Shown piece by piece: positions 10,745 through 20,258 of a DNA stretch of 64,000 bases. Within the stretch, counting starts at the first letter, position 1, and each line of letters opens with the position of its first letter. The stretch is taken from positions 128,001 through 192,000 of the forward strand of contig JBFIHX010000002.1 in NCBI GenBank assembly GCA_041601615.1, written 5' to 3'. The position numbers and the translations under genes are program-made. The notes below the pieces were generated by a model. That model saw nothing but the letters and a program-made list of their open reading frames with translations, was not told where the DNA came from and ran no database searches. This stretch comes from Thermoplasmatota archaeon (GTDB lineage: Archaea; Thermoplasmatota; E2; JACPAO01; JAHFTW01).

Positions 10745-11377
10745 CTATTGCGCTGGCATCGCCTCGAATTCGTCGATGGCCAACCATCCGGGCAAAGCTT
10801 CTATGCGTGCAATCCAGGACTGAATGGCTGGATACGGCGCCAAGTCAAAGTTGCCTTCGGGCGCAACGTGGGTGTACGCATACAGGGCGATGTCGGCTAG
10901 GGTTGGGGTGTTGCCCACGAACCAATCGCGGCGGGCCAGGTGCTGTTCCATGACGGCGAGTGCGTGTTCGCCGCCCGCCCGCTTGCTGGCCATGGTGGCG
11001 TCCCTTGCGGGGCCGGGCGCATCAAAGTGCAGCACGGCGCGGCTTGTGGCGATGTACGGTTCGTGGCTGTATTGCTCAAAGAACATCCATTGCAGCACTT
11101 GGGCGCGGGTGCGGCGGTCGGCGGGGAGCCACTCGGTCCCGTCGGCAAGGTATGCGAGGATGGCGCCCGACTCCCAGACCACGAAGCCTTCATCGTCGAG
11201 GACGGGCACCTTGCCATTCGGGTTTAGGGCGCGAAATTCGCTGGTGCGGGGGTCCTCGAAGAAGTTGGTCGGCGTGTGCTCGTATTGTTTTCCAAGCAAG
11301 CTGCACAGGAGTTGGATCTTGTACACGTTGCCGGAGGAGCCGTGGCCATACAGGTGCATGACACGAGGCATCTGCAT
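10745..11377 (-). CDS. Glutathione S-transferase family protein
   Basis: SGNVYKI, NPNGKVPVL, WESGAIL, WMFFEQYSHEP, TLADIALYAYTH. Start may be 11371 or 11359. Confidence 0.9.
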   Translation of the reverse strand: MQMPRVMHLYGHGSSGNVYKIQLLCSLLGKQYEHTPTNFFEDPRTSEFRALNPNGKVPVLDDEGFVVWESGAILAYLADGTEWLPADRRTRAQVLQWMFFEQYSHEPYIATSRAVLHFDAPGPARDATMASKRAGGEHALAVMEQHLARRDWFVGNTPTLADIALYAYTHVAPEGNFDLAPYPAIQSWIARIEALPGWLAIDEFEAMPAQ

Positions 11378-11406
11378 TGTACGATTAATGTCCTTGGCGC
11401 TGGGAA

Positions 11407-12867
11407 CTAGACAAGATAGCAGAGCAACGCTGCCGGAAGGCACCATACGGGGCCCCCCACATCAAACGTGTCACGGGTCACGACGACCCGAAGGGCCTCA
11501 CGGGCTGGCAGAATTCTTTGCAGCGCCTGGATTCCCGCTTGCGGGTTCGGACTGTACTTGCATTCCACCATCAACTCCACGCATGGAAGCCTCCCGACAA
11601 AATCAATCTCGGGGCTTGGAAGATACCCCAAATCGAAGCGTCGGCTCTTGAACGCGGTAAAAAGAATCCGGGAAAGATGGTCCAGAACTACGCCCTCGAC
11701 GACTTCCCCCACGCGCCCCGTGCGCTCCAAGTCGGCCAAATCAAGCTCGGCAGACAAATAGGCGCGTACCCCAGGGTCTTGGATGTAGACCTTCTCCATT
11801 TTGCGAGGTTGAGGCCTTAGATCTGGCCCCATTGCTTGGAGCGAGCGGGCCAGAAAAAGTTCCTCTGCGGCGCCTTTCCAATGGGCGGGCGTCTCCTTGT
11901 CCACTCCAAGGTCCTTTGCCCGCGCATTGCTGCTGAACTTGCCTCCGTGGTCCCTTGCCAACGCCCCTAAGAACTCAGAAAACGCCCCTGGTTTGCGGAT
12001 GCTTGGGAAATGCTTGAGGTCCTTTGATAACGCGGTCGCCAACGTGGATTCCATGAAGGCGGTTCGGTGCTGCGTTTCGGGTTCCCCCCAGGACGCCGGG
12101 TATCCTCCTTGGACGAGGTACCGATCGAATGCCGCACAAAGGACCGGCCACGCATCTTGAACATCGAACCACAGCAGTTCAAGGGCCGCTGCCAGGCTTT
12201 CTAGGTCCTGGAACTCGGCGTGGGCCAATGCGGCCCGTGCGCGCATGGCTTCTCTAAAAATTGGCGAACCCGGGCCAAAAATGGCGGGGTCCAATGCCTC
12301 CATGGCTTCGTTGAACTTCAACGGATACAGGTCATGTCGAACGGCGCGCCCTGGAAGGTCTGCTTCAGGGTTCAGTAGGGCTGCGCTGCTGCTTCCGGTT
12401 GCAACCACCCGCAAAATCGTGGAATGGGTGTCATGAAGCGCTTTCAGTTCGTTTGCCCAATTATCCAAGCTGTGGATTTCGTCCAAAAAGAGGTACACAT
12501 CTTCCTTGGATTCCTGGAGTGGCCCTCGTAGCAAGAGGCGCTCGACCATATCGACGAGCGGAGTCAAGTGCCCTTGCGTCTCCGCCTGAATTCGCGGCAG
12601 GTCGGTCGGGCAGTAGATGATGCGTCGGGAATCTACGCCGTCGTCCAGCAGCGCTTTCATGAGATGGCCGACTGTCGTGGTTTTTCCGATTTGCCGGGGT
12701 CCCGCCAGGATACGAATCTGGCGCTGCGCAGGGTCGCGCAACAAGCCTTGAAGGACATGGAAGACGCGCCGTTTTTGCGCATTTTTTAGCACCATCCGCG
12801 AAATCTCGCCCCCTGCCCAGTGGGGGTTCCAGTGCAGGAGTGCCTGGTAGAGTTCGGTTTCGCCCAT
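11407..12867 (-). CDS. AAA_14/DUF4143-type ATP-binding protein
   Basis: NPHW, GPRQIGKTT, FLDEIH, TGSS, GGYP, KVYIQDPG, EIDFV..VECK; appears more AT-rich than its neighbours. Confidence 0.85.
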   Translation of the reverse strand: MGETELYQALLHWNPHWAGGEISRMVLKNAQKRRVFHVLQGLLRDPAQRQIRILAGPRQIGKTTTVGHLMKALLDDGVDSRRIIYCPTDLPRIQAETQGHLTPLVDMVERLLLRGPLQESKEDVYLFLDEIHSLDNWANELKALHDTHSTILRVVATGSSSAALLNPEADLPGRAVRHDLYPLKFNEAMEALDPAIFGPGSPIFREAMRARAALAHAEFQDLESLAAALELLWFDVQDAWPVLCAAFDRYLVQGGYPASWGEPETQHRTAFMESTLATALSKDLKHFPSIRKPGAFSEFLGALARDHGGKFSSNARAKDLGVDKETPAHWKGAAEELFLARSLQAMGPDLRPQPRKMEKVYIQDPGVRAYLSAELDLADLERTGRVGEVVEGVVLDHLSRILFTAFKSRRFDLGYLPSPEIDFVGRLPCVELMVECKYSPNPQAGIQALQRILPAREALRVVVTRDTFDVGGPVWCLPAALLCYLV

Positions 12868-12888
12868 GCTCGACGCAGGCCATTTTTG

Positions 12889-12939
12889 TATATAAGTCAT
12901 CGGTGCAAACCGAAACTATTTCGATAAAATAGCGGTTTG
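12889..12939 (-). promoter_or_regulatory. TATA box plus imperfect inverted repeat upstream of the AAA ATPase gene
   Basis: TTATATA (minus strand, 12889-12895) about 28 nt before ATG 12867; CAAACCG..CTATTT / AAATAG.CGGTTTG inverted repeat at 12906-12939. Confidence 0.5.
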
Positions 12940-13020
12940 AAACGAGATTTTTGGGCACGGGCAACCCGCTTCACCGGGCGCCATTCGGGATGCTGCAGGC
13001 GGAGGCGCGCCGAGTTCCAA

Positions 13021-13473
13021 CTACTCGAACATCCACTCTTCGCCGGCGCGGGTGTACGCGGCGCCGCCGTTGGGGAACCAGAGGCCGATTTCGAAGGCGG
13101 CGGTCTCGGCGCTGTCGCTGCCGTGGATGATGTTGCGGCCGATGTGCTGGCCAAGGTCGAAGCGGATCTCTCCGGGCTTGCCTTCGACGGGGTTGGTGGC
13201 TCCCATGAGGGCTCGGCTCACAGCGATGGCGCCTTCGCCTTCGATGAGCATCGGGACGACGGGGGCGCTTTGGATGAACTCCACGAGGCCGGGGTAGAAG
13301 GGGCGCTCCTTGTGGACTTCGTAGTGCTTGGCGACGATGGCAGGGTCGGCCATCTCAAGGCGCATGGCCTTGATTTTCATGCCCTTTGCTTCAAAGCGGC
13401 TAACGATGTTTCCGACGAGGCCGCGGCTGACGGCGTCGGGCTTGATCATGACGAAGGTCTGTTCGATTGCCAT
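13021..13473 (-). CDS. ndk: Nucleoside diphosphate kinase
   Basis: EQTFVMIKPDAV, HYEVHKERPFY, GATNP, RNIIHGSDS. Confidence 0.97.
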   Translation of the reverse strand: MAIEQTFVMIKPDAVSRGLVGNIVSRFEAKGMKIKAMRLEMADPAIVAKHYEVHKERPFYPGLVEFIQSAPVVPMLIEGEGAIAVSRALMGATNPVEGKPGEIRFDLGQHIGRNIIHGSDSAETAAFEIGLWFPNGGAAYTRAGEEWMFE

Positions 13474-13573
13474 GGGCGCGGCGACCCCGGCAGGGGCAAA
13501 AGCGTTGTGCGCGATGTCGCAAGGTGGGACAGGAGGCGCCGAAGGGGCGGGGAGGGGAGCGGAGGCCGCGGCT

Positions 13574-15325
13574 TTAGTCGATGCGTGGGAGGATCATGGT
13601 CACGGTGGCGCCGGGCCCGTTTGAGACTTCCAATCGGCCGCCAAACAACTGCACTACTAGGCGTGCCAGTCGTAGTCCGACGCCGAAGCCCGTGTCGGCT
13701 ACATCGGCGCTGTGTCCTTCCATCAAGGGCGTGTGGAGTGCGGCAACGGCGTGCGCGGGCAATCCAGGTCCTTGGTCGTGGACTTCGATGCGGAGGTCCG
13801 TTGGTGTCGCTTGCACCAAAACGTGGCCCGCTCCAGGGCCGCCATAGCGTTGGGCGTTTTCAATGAGTTCCTGGACGGCGCGGCGCAGGGAGGGGGGGTG
13901 CACGCGGGCGGCCGCTTCCGGGTTTCCCTCTACACGCACGATCAAGGAATGTTCCGGGGTCTGCTGTGTTGCGGCTTGGCGCACTTCGTTTGCGATTTCT
14001 TCCAAGCTAAGCGTGTGGAAGGTGGTGCGCCGTTGGGCCAGAAGCACTTGTGCCAGCGCGTCGAGTTTCTCAGTTTTTACGCGCAGTTCTTCAGTCGCTC
14101 GCAGGCCGGTGGCGGCGTTTCGTCGCGCCGCGTCTAGGTTTCCGGATTCCAGTGCAATGCGCAGCACTTCTTGGGAAAGGATTAGTCGAGTGAGAGGCGT
14201 TCGCACTTGGTGGGAGACATGGTTGAACAGCTCTGCGCGGGTGTTTTCGAGTCCGTCGAGCGCCTCGGCCATGGTGTTGAAGGATGTTTCAAGGGCGCGA
14301 AATTCACGGGGGGCTCTGGGGACTTCCATTCGGGCAGACAGGTCGCCAGCGGTTACGCGCCGTGAGGCGTCCTCTACGGCACGCAGGGGATCTCGAACGG
14401 TGACTGCCATAATCCATGCAGCCAGAACGCCTCCAAGCACCAGCGCGGATCCTCCCAGGGCGGCGCGGGCTACCAGGAGGCGCGAGGTGGCGGCCTCGGC
14501 GGGGCCAAGGGGCAATCCGGCTACAATCAATGCCCGGACCTCGCCATCCGCTCCCAGAGTGGTGCGAACGGTGTACACGAATGGTTCGCCATCAGGGGAG
14601 GCGCGCCAGGAGCCAAGAGATTGAGTAGCTTCTTCAAACAAGGCTCGGGCGGCTTCGGGGCGAATGGCTGCGGTGTCTACGAGGAGATCTCCCGTGGGGC
14701 TGAACATCAGAATGTGGATCCCCTCGGCGTCGGCTAGTCCCGAGAGTTGGTTGCGCAAGATCTCAAGGTGCATGGCGCCGGCCACGATGCGATCGGGGGC
14801 GTCTGGGCCTACAGGCACTGCAAAGGGTACGACCCAGTCTTGGATGCGTTCGTCCCAAGCTGCGGCGGTGATGGCAAATCCCCCCATGCTCGATGCGGCA
14901 AGGACTGCGTCGTCTAGAAACGGGGCCGCGTCGAGCAGGCCGTCGCCTCGACATAGCAATTGATCGCCCTGGTAAACGGCGAGTGCTGCGAGGCGTGGTT
15001 CTTCGCCGCGAACGCCTTGCAGGATTGGGGCGCACTCGCCCAAGCTGCCCTCTCGCACTTGGGGCAGCGCCGTCAAAGGCCGGAGAAATCCGTGCATTTC
15101 TGCCAGCATGCTCTCCTCGCGCACGGCGACGCGTGCCTCTAGGTCTCGGGTCCGCGTGGCGATGCCGGCGCGAGCGTCCTGTTCGTCGTTGTAGGTGTCC
15201 ACTACGAGGGCGGCAAGCAGTGGCAGGAGCGCCACGACCACCACCGCGAGTACGCGTCCTGTGAGGGGTACGTTGTGCAGCCAACCCCTGGCAGTCACGG
15301 CGCCAAGTGCAAGCCCAATGTCCAT
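13574..15325 (-). CDS. Membrane sensor histidine kinase (Cache-like, HAMP, HisKA, HATPase)
   Basis: Two TM helices, HAMP (PL..V..AS..V.AGDL...E...L..SFNTMA), H-box SHQVRTPL, ELIENAQRY, DQGPG, GFGVGL. Confidence 0.85.
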   Translation of the reverse strand: MDIGLALGAVTARGWLHNVPLTGRVLAVVVVALLPLLAALVVDTYNDEQDARAGIATRTRDLEARVAVREESMLAEMHGFLRPLTALPQVREGSLGECAPILQGVRGEEPRLAALAVYQGDQLLCRGDGLLDAAPFLDDAVLAASSMGGFAITAAAWDERIQDWVVPFAVPVGPDAPDRIVAGAMHLEILRNQLSGLADAEGIHILMFSPTGDLLVDTAAIRPEAARALFEEATQSLGSWRASPDGEPFVYTVRTTLGADGEVRALIVAGLPLGPAEAATSRLLVARAALGGSALVLGGVLAAWIMAVTVRDPLRAVEDASRRVTAGDLSARMEVPRAPREFRALETSFNTMAEALDGLENTRAELFNHVSHQVRTPLTRLILSQEVLRIALESGNLDAARRNAATGLRATEELRVKTEKLDALAQVLLAQRRTTFHTLSLEEIANEVRQAATQQTPEHSLIVRVEGNPEAAARVHPPSLRRAVQELIENAQRYGGPGAGHVLVQATPTDLRIEVHDQGPGLPAHAVAALHTPLMEGHSADVADTGFGVGLRLARLVVQLFGGRLEVSNGPGATVTMILPRID

Positions 15326-15382
15326 GGACCTGTCGGCGAAGACGGGCGGAGAGGAAGGAGTTCTTGGGCGTGGGGCGGCGCG

Positions 15383-16885
15383 CTATCTTCGGCGAGCGAC
15401 TGCAACGGCGGCTAGCAGGACGAGAAGCGCCACGACTCCGGGGCCGGGTACTTCTGGGTCGTCGGTGGGCGGAGCCACCACATCGGGTTCGATGCCGTTG
15501 CCGGCGGTGTCGAATGCGGCAAACAGTCCTTGTCCCTCGGTTTGGCGCAGCACCTTGCCCACGCGCTGTCGGTAGCCGTTGCTGCCGGGTTCCGCAGTAT
15601 CGGCACACTCGCCGACGCAACCGTCGGCCCAGCCGATGTGAACGCGGCCCATGCTGTCGATGTCCATGTCGTTGAAGTCCAGGAGGTTGCGGCAGTTGCT
15701 GCTTCCGGATACGACCACATCGTACACCCCGCCCACTTGGATGGGGTCGTTGGTAAGCTTGTGAACACTCCATGTTGCGCCCGCGTCGTAGGTGAATGCG
15801 GCGTAGTAGTTCCAGACCAGTTCGGCTTGGCGCTCGTCGCATTGGTAGATTTGGTTGCTTTGCAGGAATTCGAGATCGGCACCGGGCCCGCCTTCGAGGC
15901 CGATGAAGGTGATGGCTGCGCGGTCGTCGTCCCCCACTTGCACGTCGGCAAAGGTGCCAGCTACGATGGGAGGGTCGTGAAATTGGCCAATGTCCAGCCA
16001 TTTCGCTCCGGCGCCATCCCCGCCGCCAGTACCGAGTGTTTCCCAGGATGCTCCTTCGTCCTTGGTCATGGCCACATGGATGCCGTGTTCGCTTGCCATG
16101 CCGTAGTACATCCAACCGCCGGGCCGACTGAATTGGAGGCTGGGGTCGAAGCCATTCGTCCATTCCTCGGTGCCCGCGATGGTGTTGCTTTGGTAGGTCA
16201 ATCCGTTGTCGGCGGTGCTGATGTAGCCAAGTTCCCCGCAGCCCGCAACCGGGACCGCCATGAGTCCCGTGGCGCGAGACACGCGGATGTGGCCGTGGAA
16301 GCCGCCGCAGGTGCCACCCACATCCTGGAAGGGCAGGAAAGTCTGGCCGCCATCAAAGCTGACGGTGCAGGCGATGGCGCCGAATTGGCCGCAGTAGTAG
16401 ACGTTGTGGGCAAACAGGAGGTTCGGGCTGCCTTCCGTGCCGGGGCCGCTCCCGATGCTTTGGTGGTCAAAACGTACACCACTGCACATGTTTCCCGTGG
16501 GCACCCAGGTGCTGCCGTCGTCATCGGTCCAAAACATCACAGAACAAGGTCCCGCGAGTCCACCGGCCCAAACGCGACCAAGATCCGGATCTGCGTGCAG
16601 CATTGGGTCAAGGTTGGTGGGCACTTGGTATTCAGCGGTCACGTCCACCCACTGCACGCCGCCGCCGGTTGCGTCAAACGCGCCACGAATCGTGCTGCTG
16701 CCAGCGTGGAAGTACACATAGTCGGTGTTCCACGGGATGCCGAGCGTCGGTTCGGGAGCGTTTTCGGCGCCGGGCACCGCGTACTCGGTAAATCCTGGCT
16801 CGCCGTTGCCAAATCCGGCAGCATCCACACCCGGCACCAAGCCGAATGCGATGAGCAAAACTAGGCTGGTCGCGGCATTCTTCAT
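15383..16885 (-). CDS. Secreted BNR/sialidase-like beta-propeller protein with PGF-CTERM-like anchor
   Basis: Signal peptide; Asp-box repeats TDDDGSTW, SFDGGQTF, TADNGLTY, TKDEGASW, TYDAGATW; C-terminus VPGPG-TM-RRR. Confidence 0.85.
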   Translation of the reverse strand: MKNAATSLVLLIAFGLVPGVDAAGFGNGEPGFTEYAVPGAENAPEPTLGIPWNTDYVYFHAGSSTIRGAFDATGGGVQWVDVTAEYQVPTNLDPMLHADPDLGRVWAGGLAGPCSVMFWTDDDGSTWVPTGNMCSGVRFDHQSIGSGPGTEGSPNLLFAHNVYYCGQFGAIACTVSFDGGQTFLPFQDVGGTCGGFHGHIRVSRATGLMAVPVAGCGELGYISTADNGLTYQSNTIAGTEEWTNGFDPSLQFSRPGGWMYYGMASEHGIHVAMTKDEGASWETLGTGGGDGAGAKWLDIGQFHDPPIVAGTFADVQVGDDDRAAITFIGLEGGPGADLEFLQSNQIYQCDERQAELVWNYYAAFTYDAGATWSVHKLTNDPIQVGGVYDVVVSGSSNCRNLLDFNDMDIDSMGRVHIGWADGCVGECADTAEPGSNGYRQRVGKVLRQTEGQGLFAAFDTAGNGIEPDVVAPPTDDPEVPGPGVVALLVLLAAVAVARRR

Positions 16886-16929
16886 GCCAGCCAGTGGCCC
16901 CCGCCGGGGATGAACGTTGTGCCCAATCC

Positions 16930-18417
16930 CTACGGACGCTTTCGTGCCACGAGTAGGGCGCCAAACACGGCCGCGAGCACGAGCAAGGCGCCCGGTGCTG
17001 CGATGCCCTCGGAGTCACCGTCCTCCGGGGGGTCTTCGAGGTCCTTGATGTCCGTCGGCTCCTTGTCGAATGCCGCAAACAGCCCCCGGCCATTGACTTG
17101 GCGAGCCAGCGTTGCATGGGCATCGCGGTACCCCTCCGATCCAGGTTGGAGCGTCTCGGCGCATTGCCGGGTGCAGCCGTCCGCAAGCGCAATGTGGATG
17201 CGACCTTCGCTGTCCAGATCCATGTCCTTGAAGTCCAGCAGATTTCGGCACGACCCGTCGCTGGCTGGGTCAAAACCACCATCAAAAATGCCTCCAACTT
17301 GGATGGGGTCGTCCGTAACGCGTTGCACGTCCCAGGTGTTGCCCGCGTCGTAGCTGATGGCAACGTAGGCGTGCCAGACCATGTTTTCCTGATTCTGGGA
17401 GCACTGGTGGATCGCGTCGCCGCCTCCGTATCCTCCCTCTCGCGCTTCGAGGCCTAGAAAACTCATGGCAACTCGATCGTCGTCTCCCGCCTGCACATCC
17501 GCAAACATCGCATGCACCACGGGCGGGTCATGCAGAGCGCCGATGTCGAGCCAGGCGTCCCCGTCTGCCCCAAGCGGCTCCCAGGTCAAGCCCTCGTCCT
17601 TGGAAAGTGCCACATGGGCCCCTGAATCGCCGGCTTGTCCAAAGTAGATCCAACCACTGGGTCGACTGAATTGGATGCTTGGATCAAACGCCCGCTCCGT
17701 TGGCGCCACAGGCACCGCTCGGCTGTCCCAAGTCAAGCCATCATCCTCCGTGTACGCAAATCCGGCAACTTCCCCGCAGGAAGCATCCGGCAGAGCCGCA
17801 AGCCCGGTGGCGCGAGACACCCGGATATGGCCATGGATGCCTCCACAATCCCCGAGCACCTGCACAAAGGGGCCCCACACGACGCCGCCATCCAAGCTGA
17901 AAGCGCAGGCGGTGCGCACGAGCTGAGCGCAGTAGTAGGTAGCGTGCGGAAACACCTGCAAAGCCTCAGGCGTCACCGCGAAGGGGCCGCTGCCGATGCT
18001 CTGGTGGTCAAACTGCACGCCGCTGCACATGTTGCCCGTGGGCGTCCAAGTGGAACCGTCGTCGTCCGTAAACGCCATTTGGCTGCACGGACCAAGAAGC
18101 CCGCCCGCCCAAACGCGCCCGGTGTCCGGGTCCGCGTGGACCATCGGATCTACATTCATCCGACTCGTAATGGGCGTCACGTCCTGCCAATCCGGTACAT
18201 CCATCTCGTCGAATGTGACGCGGAAAGTGGCGGTGTAGCTCTGGTAGAACACATGGTCCGTGGTCCACGGAATGCCAATCGTCGGCTCGCCGGCCGAATC
18301 CGACAAGGGCAAACCAGGGGGCGCCGCGTAGACCTCGAATGCCGGACTCCCAAGCCCAAGCTCGGCGCTCGCTACGGGCACCAACAGGAGCAGAAAAACC
18401 AGCAACAGTGTGCGCAT
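16930..18417 (-). CDS. Secreted BNR/sialidase-like protein, tandem paralogue of 15383-16885
   Basis: Shared blocks EPTIGIPW, DPMVHADPD, PTGNMCSGVQFDHQSIGSGP, HGHIRVSRATGL, CRNLLDF; C-terminus AAPG-TM-RKR. Confidence 0.85.
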   Translation of the reverse strand: MRTLLLVFLLLLVPVASAELGLGSPAFEVYAAPPGLPLSDSAGEPTIGIPWTTDHVFYQSYTATFRVTFDEMDVPDWQDVTPITSRMNVDPMVHADPDTGRVWAGGLLGPCSQMAFTDDDGSTWTPTGNMCSGVQFDHQSIGSGPFAVTPEALQVFPHATYYCAQLVRTACAFSLDGGVVWGPFVQVLGDCGGIHGHIRVSRATGLAALPDASCGEVAGFAYTEDDGLTWDSRAVPVAPTERAFDPSIQFSRPSGWIYFGQAGDSGAHVALSKDEGLTWEPLGADGDAWLDIGALHDPPVVHAMFADVQAGDDDRVAMSFLGLEAREGGYGGGDAIHQCSQNQENMVWHAYVAISYDAGNTWDVQRVTDDPIQVGGIFDGGFDPASDGSCRNLLDFKDMDLDSEGRIHIALADGCTRQCAETLQPGSEGYRDAHATLARQVNGRGLFAAFDKEPTDIKDLEDPPEDGDSEGIAAPGALLVLAAVFGALLVARKRP

Positions 18418-18521
18418 ACATCGCCATCGAAGCCTCGACTAAAGACAGACGGGTAACGAAGCGGGCATACTTTCACTTGCCCCTCCGGACAGCCTAGAAC
18501 CCCGCCAGGACTCCTCCTTAC

Positions 18522-20258
18522 ATGGCCCGGCTCGACGTACACGGAGGCGCCATCCTCATCGACGCGCCCCCAAGCCCGCGCCTGCCGGTCGTTATGAAAC
18601 GGATCCGCGCCCAGCGCCGCGACCGCCTCTGGACCACCCCCTCCCATCGCGGCCTCGATGTCATCGACATGCTGCACCACACCGCGATTGAACGCAGCCC
18701 CGCCTTCGACGACCTAGAATACAGACTCCTGTACGGCAGCGACATGGACCACGTCCAAGCCTGCCTTGCCCTCAAACGGGGACTCGAACCGCCAGGCACC
18801 ATGCCGGAGCTCCGCAAGCCCCTCTACCCATACCAGGAGCAAGCCGTGGCCTTCTTGGACCGCGCCGGCAGCGGCATTCTGGCCGACGAACCCGGCCTCG
18901 GTAAGACCCTGCAAGGAATCTCCTTCGCCCTCCTTCGCCCAGGCCCCTGTCTCGTGGTCTGCCCCGCCACCGCCAAGCACGTCTGGGCCCGCGAAGTCGC
19001 CGCAAGCAGCAATGAAACCGCCGCGATTCTGCAAGGCACCAAACCCCAAACCCTCCCCGACGCCAAGTTCCTCATCATCAACTACGACGTGCTTGAACAC
19101 CACGAAGAAGCACTCGCCGCACACGGCTTTACAACACTCATTGCCGACGAAGCCCACCGCGCCAAAAACATCCGCGCCAGGCGCACCAAGGCCCTCATTC
19201 GACTCGCCGACCAGATCCCACGCAAGCTCTTGCTCTCCGGGACACTGCTGATGAACAGCCCCGAAGACCTGTTCCCCCCGCTGCGCATTGTCCGACCCGA
19301 AGTCTACCCCGACTTTGGCGCCTTCTGCGACCGCTACATGCATACGCGCAGCATCAAGAAAAAAGTCCGAGGCCGCCTCAAGAGCCAAACCGTGCGCGAA
19401 GGCAGCCAACGCCTGCCCGAATTGCACCACCGCATGGACGCCTTCACCATCCGCCGCACACTCGCCCAAGTGCGCGACCAACTACCAGAACTACGCCACA
19501 CCTTCCTCGAAATCGACCTCCCGGACGACCTACGAACCGCATACCGCACACGCATCGGCCCCGCCGTGCGCGCCGGCCCCGGAGCCGAACGGTTGCGGGC
19601 CGCCAACGACGCCCTCAGCGTCTGCATCGAAGCCAAATCCCGCGTCCTTGCCGACCTCGTAGAAGACCGCCTCGCCCTCGACGGCCGCAAAACGCTCGTC
19701 TTCAGCACCCGCCTCGCCCTCCTGGACGCCGTGGACCAACGGCCGCGCATCCACAAAGCCGCCTTGCGCATCGACGGCTCCGTACCCGCCGATACCCGAC
19801 GGGCCATCGAAGACCAATTCCAGACCGACGATTCCGTCCGAGTATTTCTGGGCCAAACCCGCGCTTGCGGCGAAGCCCTAACGCTCGACGCCGCCGATAC
19901 CGTACTGATTGCTGAAGCCGACTGGTCTCCCCAAGCCAACGAACAAGCCATCCGACGCGCCCTTCGGATCAACACCGACCACCCCGTCGAAGTGGTCTGG
20001 CTCGTGGTGCGTGGTACCCTCGACGAAGCCCGGCTCGCGGTACTGGAGCGCAAAAAGGCGGAGTTCGGCATCGTCATGGACGGCGCCAATCCGGAAGACC
20101 TCCTACGCGAAGCGCTGCACGGTTGCCAGGAACCCGCTCAATCTTCGCGCCTGGACCAAGCAACCCCCGCCACGAGCACCGCCACCATGAGCAACACAAA
20201 TGCCGCCGGACTTTCCTCTGCGGGCTCCTCTTTGCCACCTTGCGTATACGCCGAGTAG
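18522..20258 (+). CDS. SNF2-family (HARP/SMARCAL1-like) helicase/translocase
   Basis: LYPYQ, LADEPGLGKT, INYD, DEAH, LLSGT, RIDGS, WSPQANEQAIRRALRI. Confidence 0.87.
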   Translation: MARLDVHGGAILIDAPPSPRLPVVMKRIRAQRRDRLWTTPSHRGLDVIDMLHHTAIERSPAFDDLEYRLLYGSDMDHVQACLALKRGLEPPGTMPELRKPLYPYQEQAVAFLDRAGSGILADEPGLGKTLQGISFALLRPGPCLVVCPATAKHVWAREVAASSNETAAILQGTKPQTLPDAKFLIINYDVLEHHEEALAAHGFTTLIADEAHRAKNIRARRTKALIRLADQIPRKLLLSGTLLMNSPEDLFPPLRIVRPEVYPDFGAFCDRYMHTRSIKKKVRGRLKSQTVREGSQRLPELHHRMDAFTIRRTLAQVRDQLPELRHTFLEIDLPDDLRTAYRTRIGPAVRAGPGAERLRAANDALSVCIEAKSRVLADLVEDRLALDGRKTLVFSTRLALLDAVDQRPRIHKAALRIDGSVPADTRRAIEDQFQTDDSVRVFLGQTRACGEALTLDAADTVLIAEADWSPQANEQAIRRALRINTDHPVEVVWLVVRGTLDEARLAVLERKKAEFGIVMDGANPEDLLREALHGCQEPAQSSRLDQATPATSTATMSNTNAAGLSSAGSSLPPCVYAE

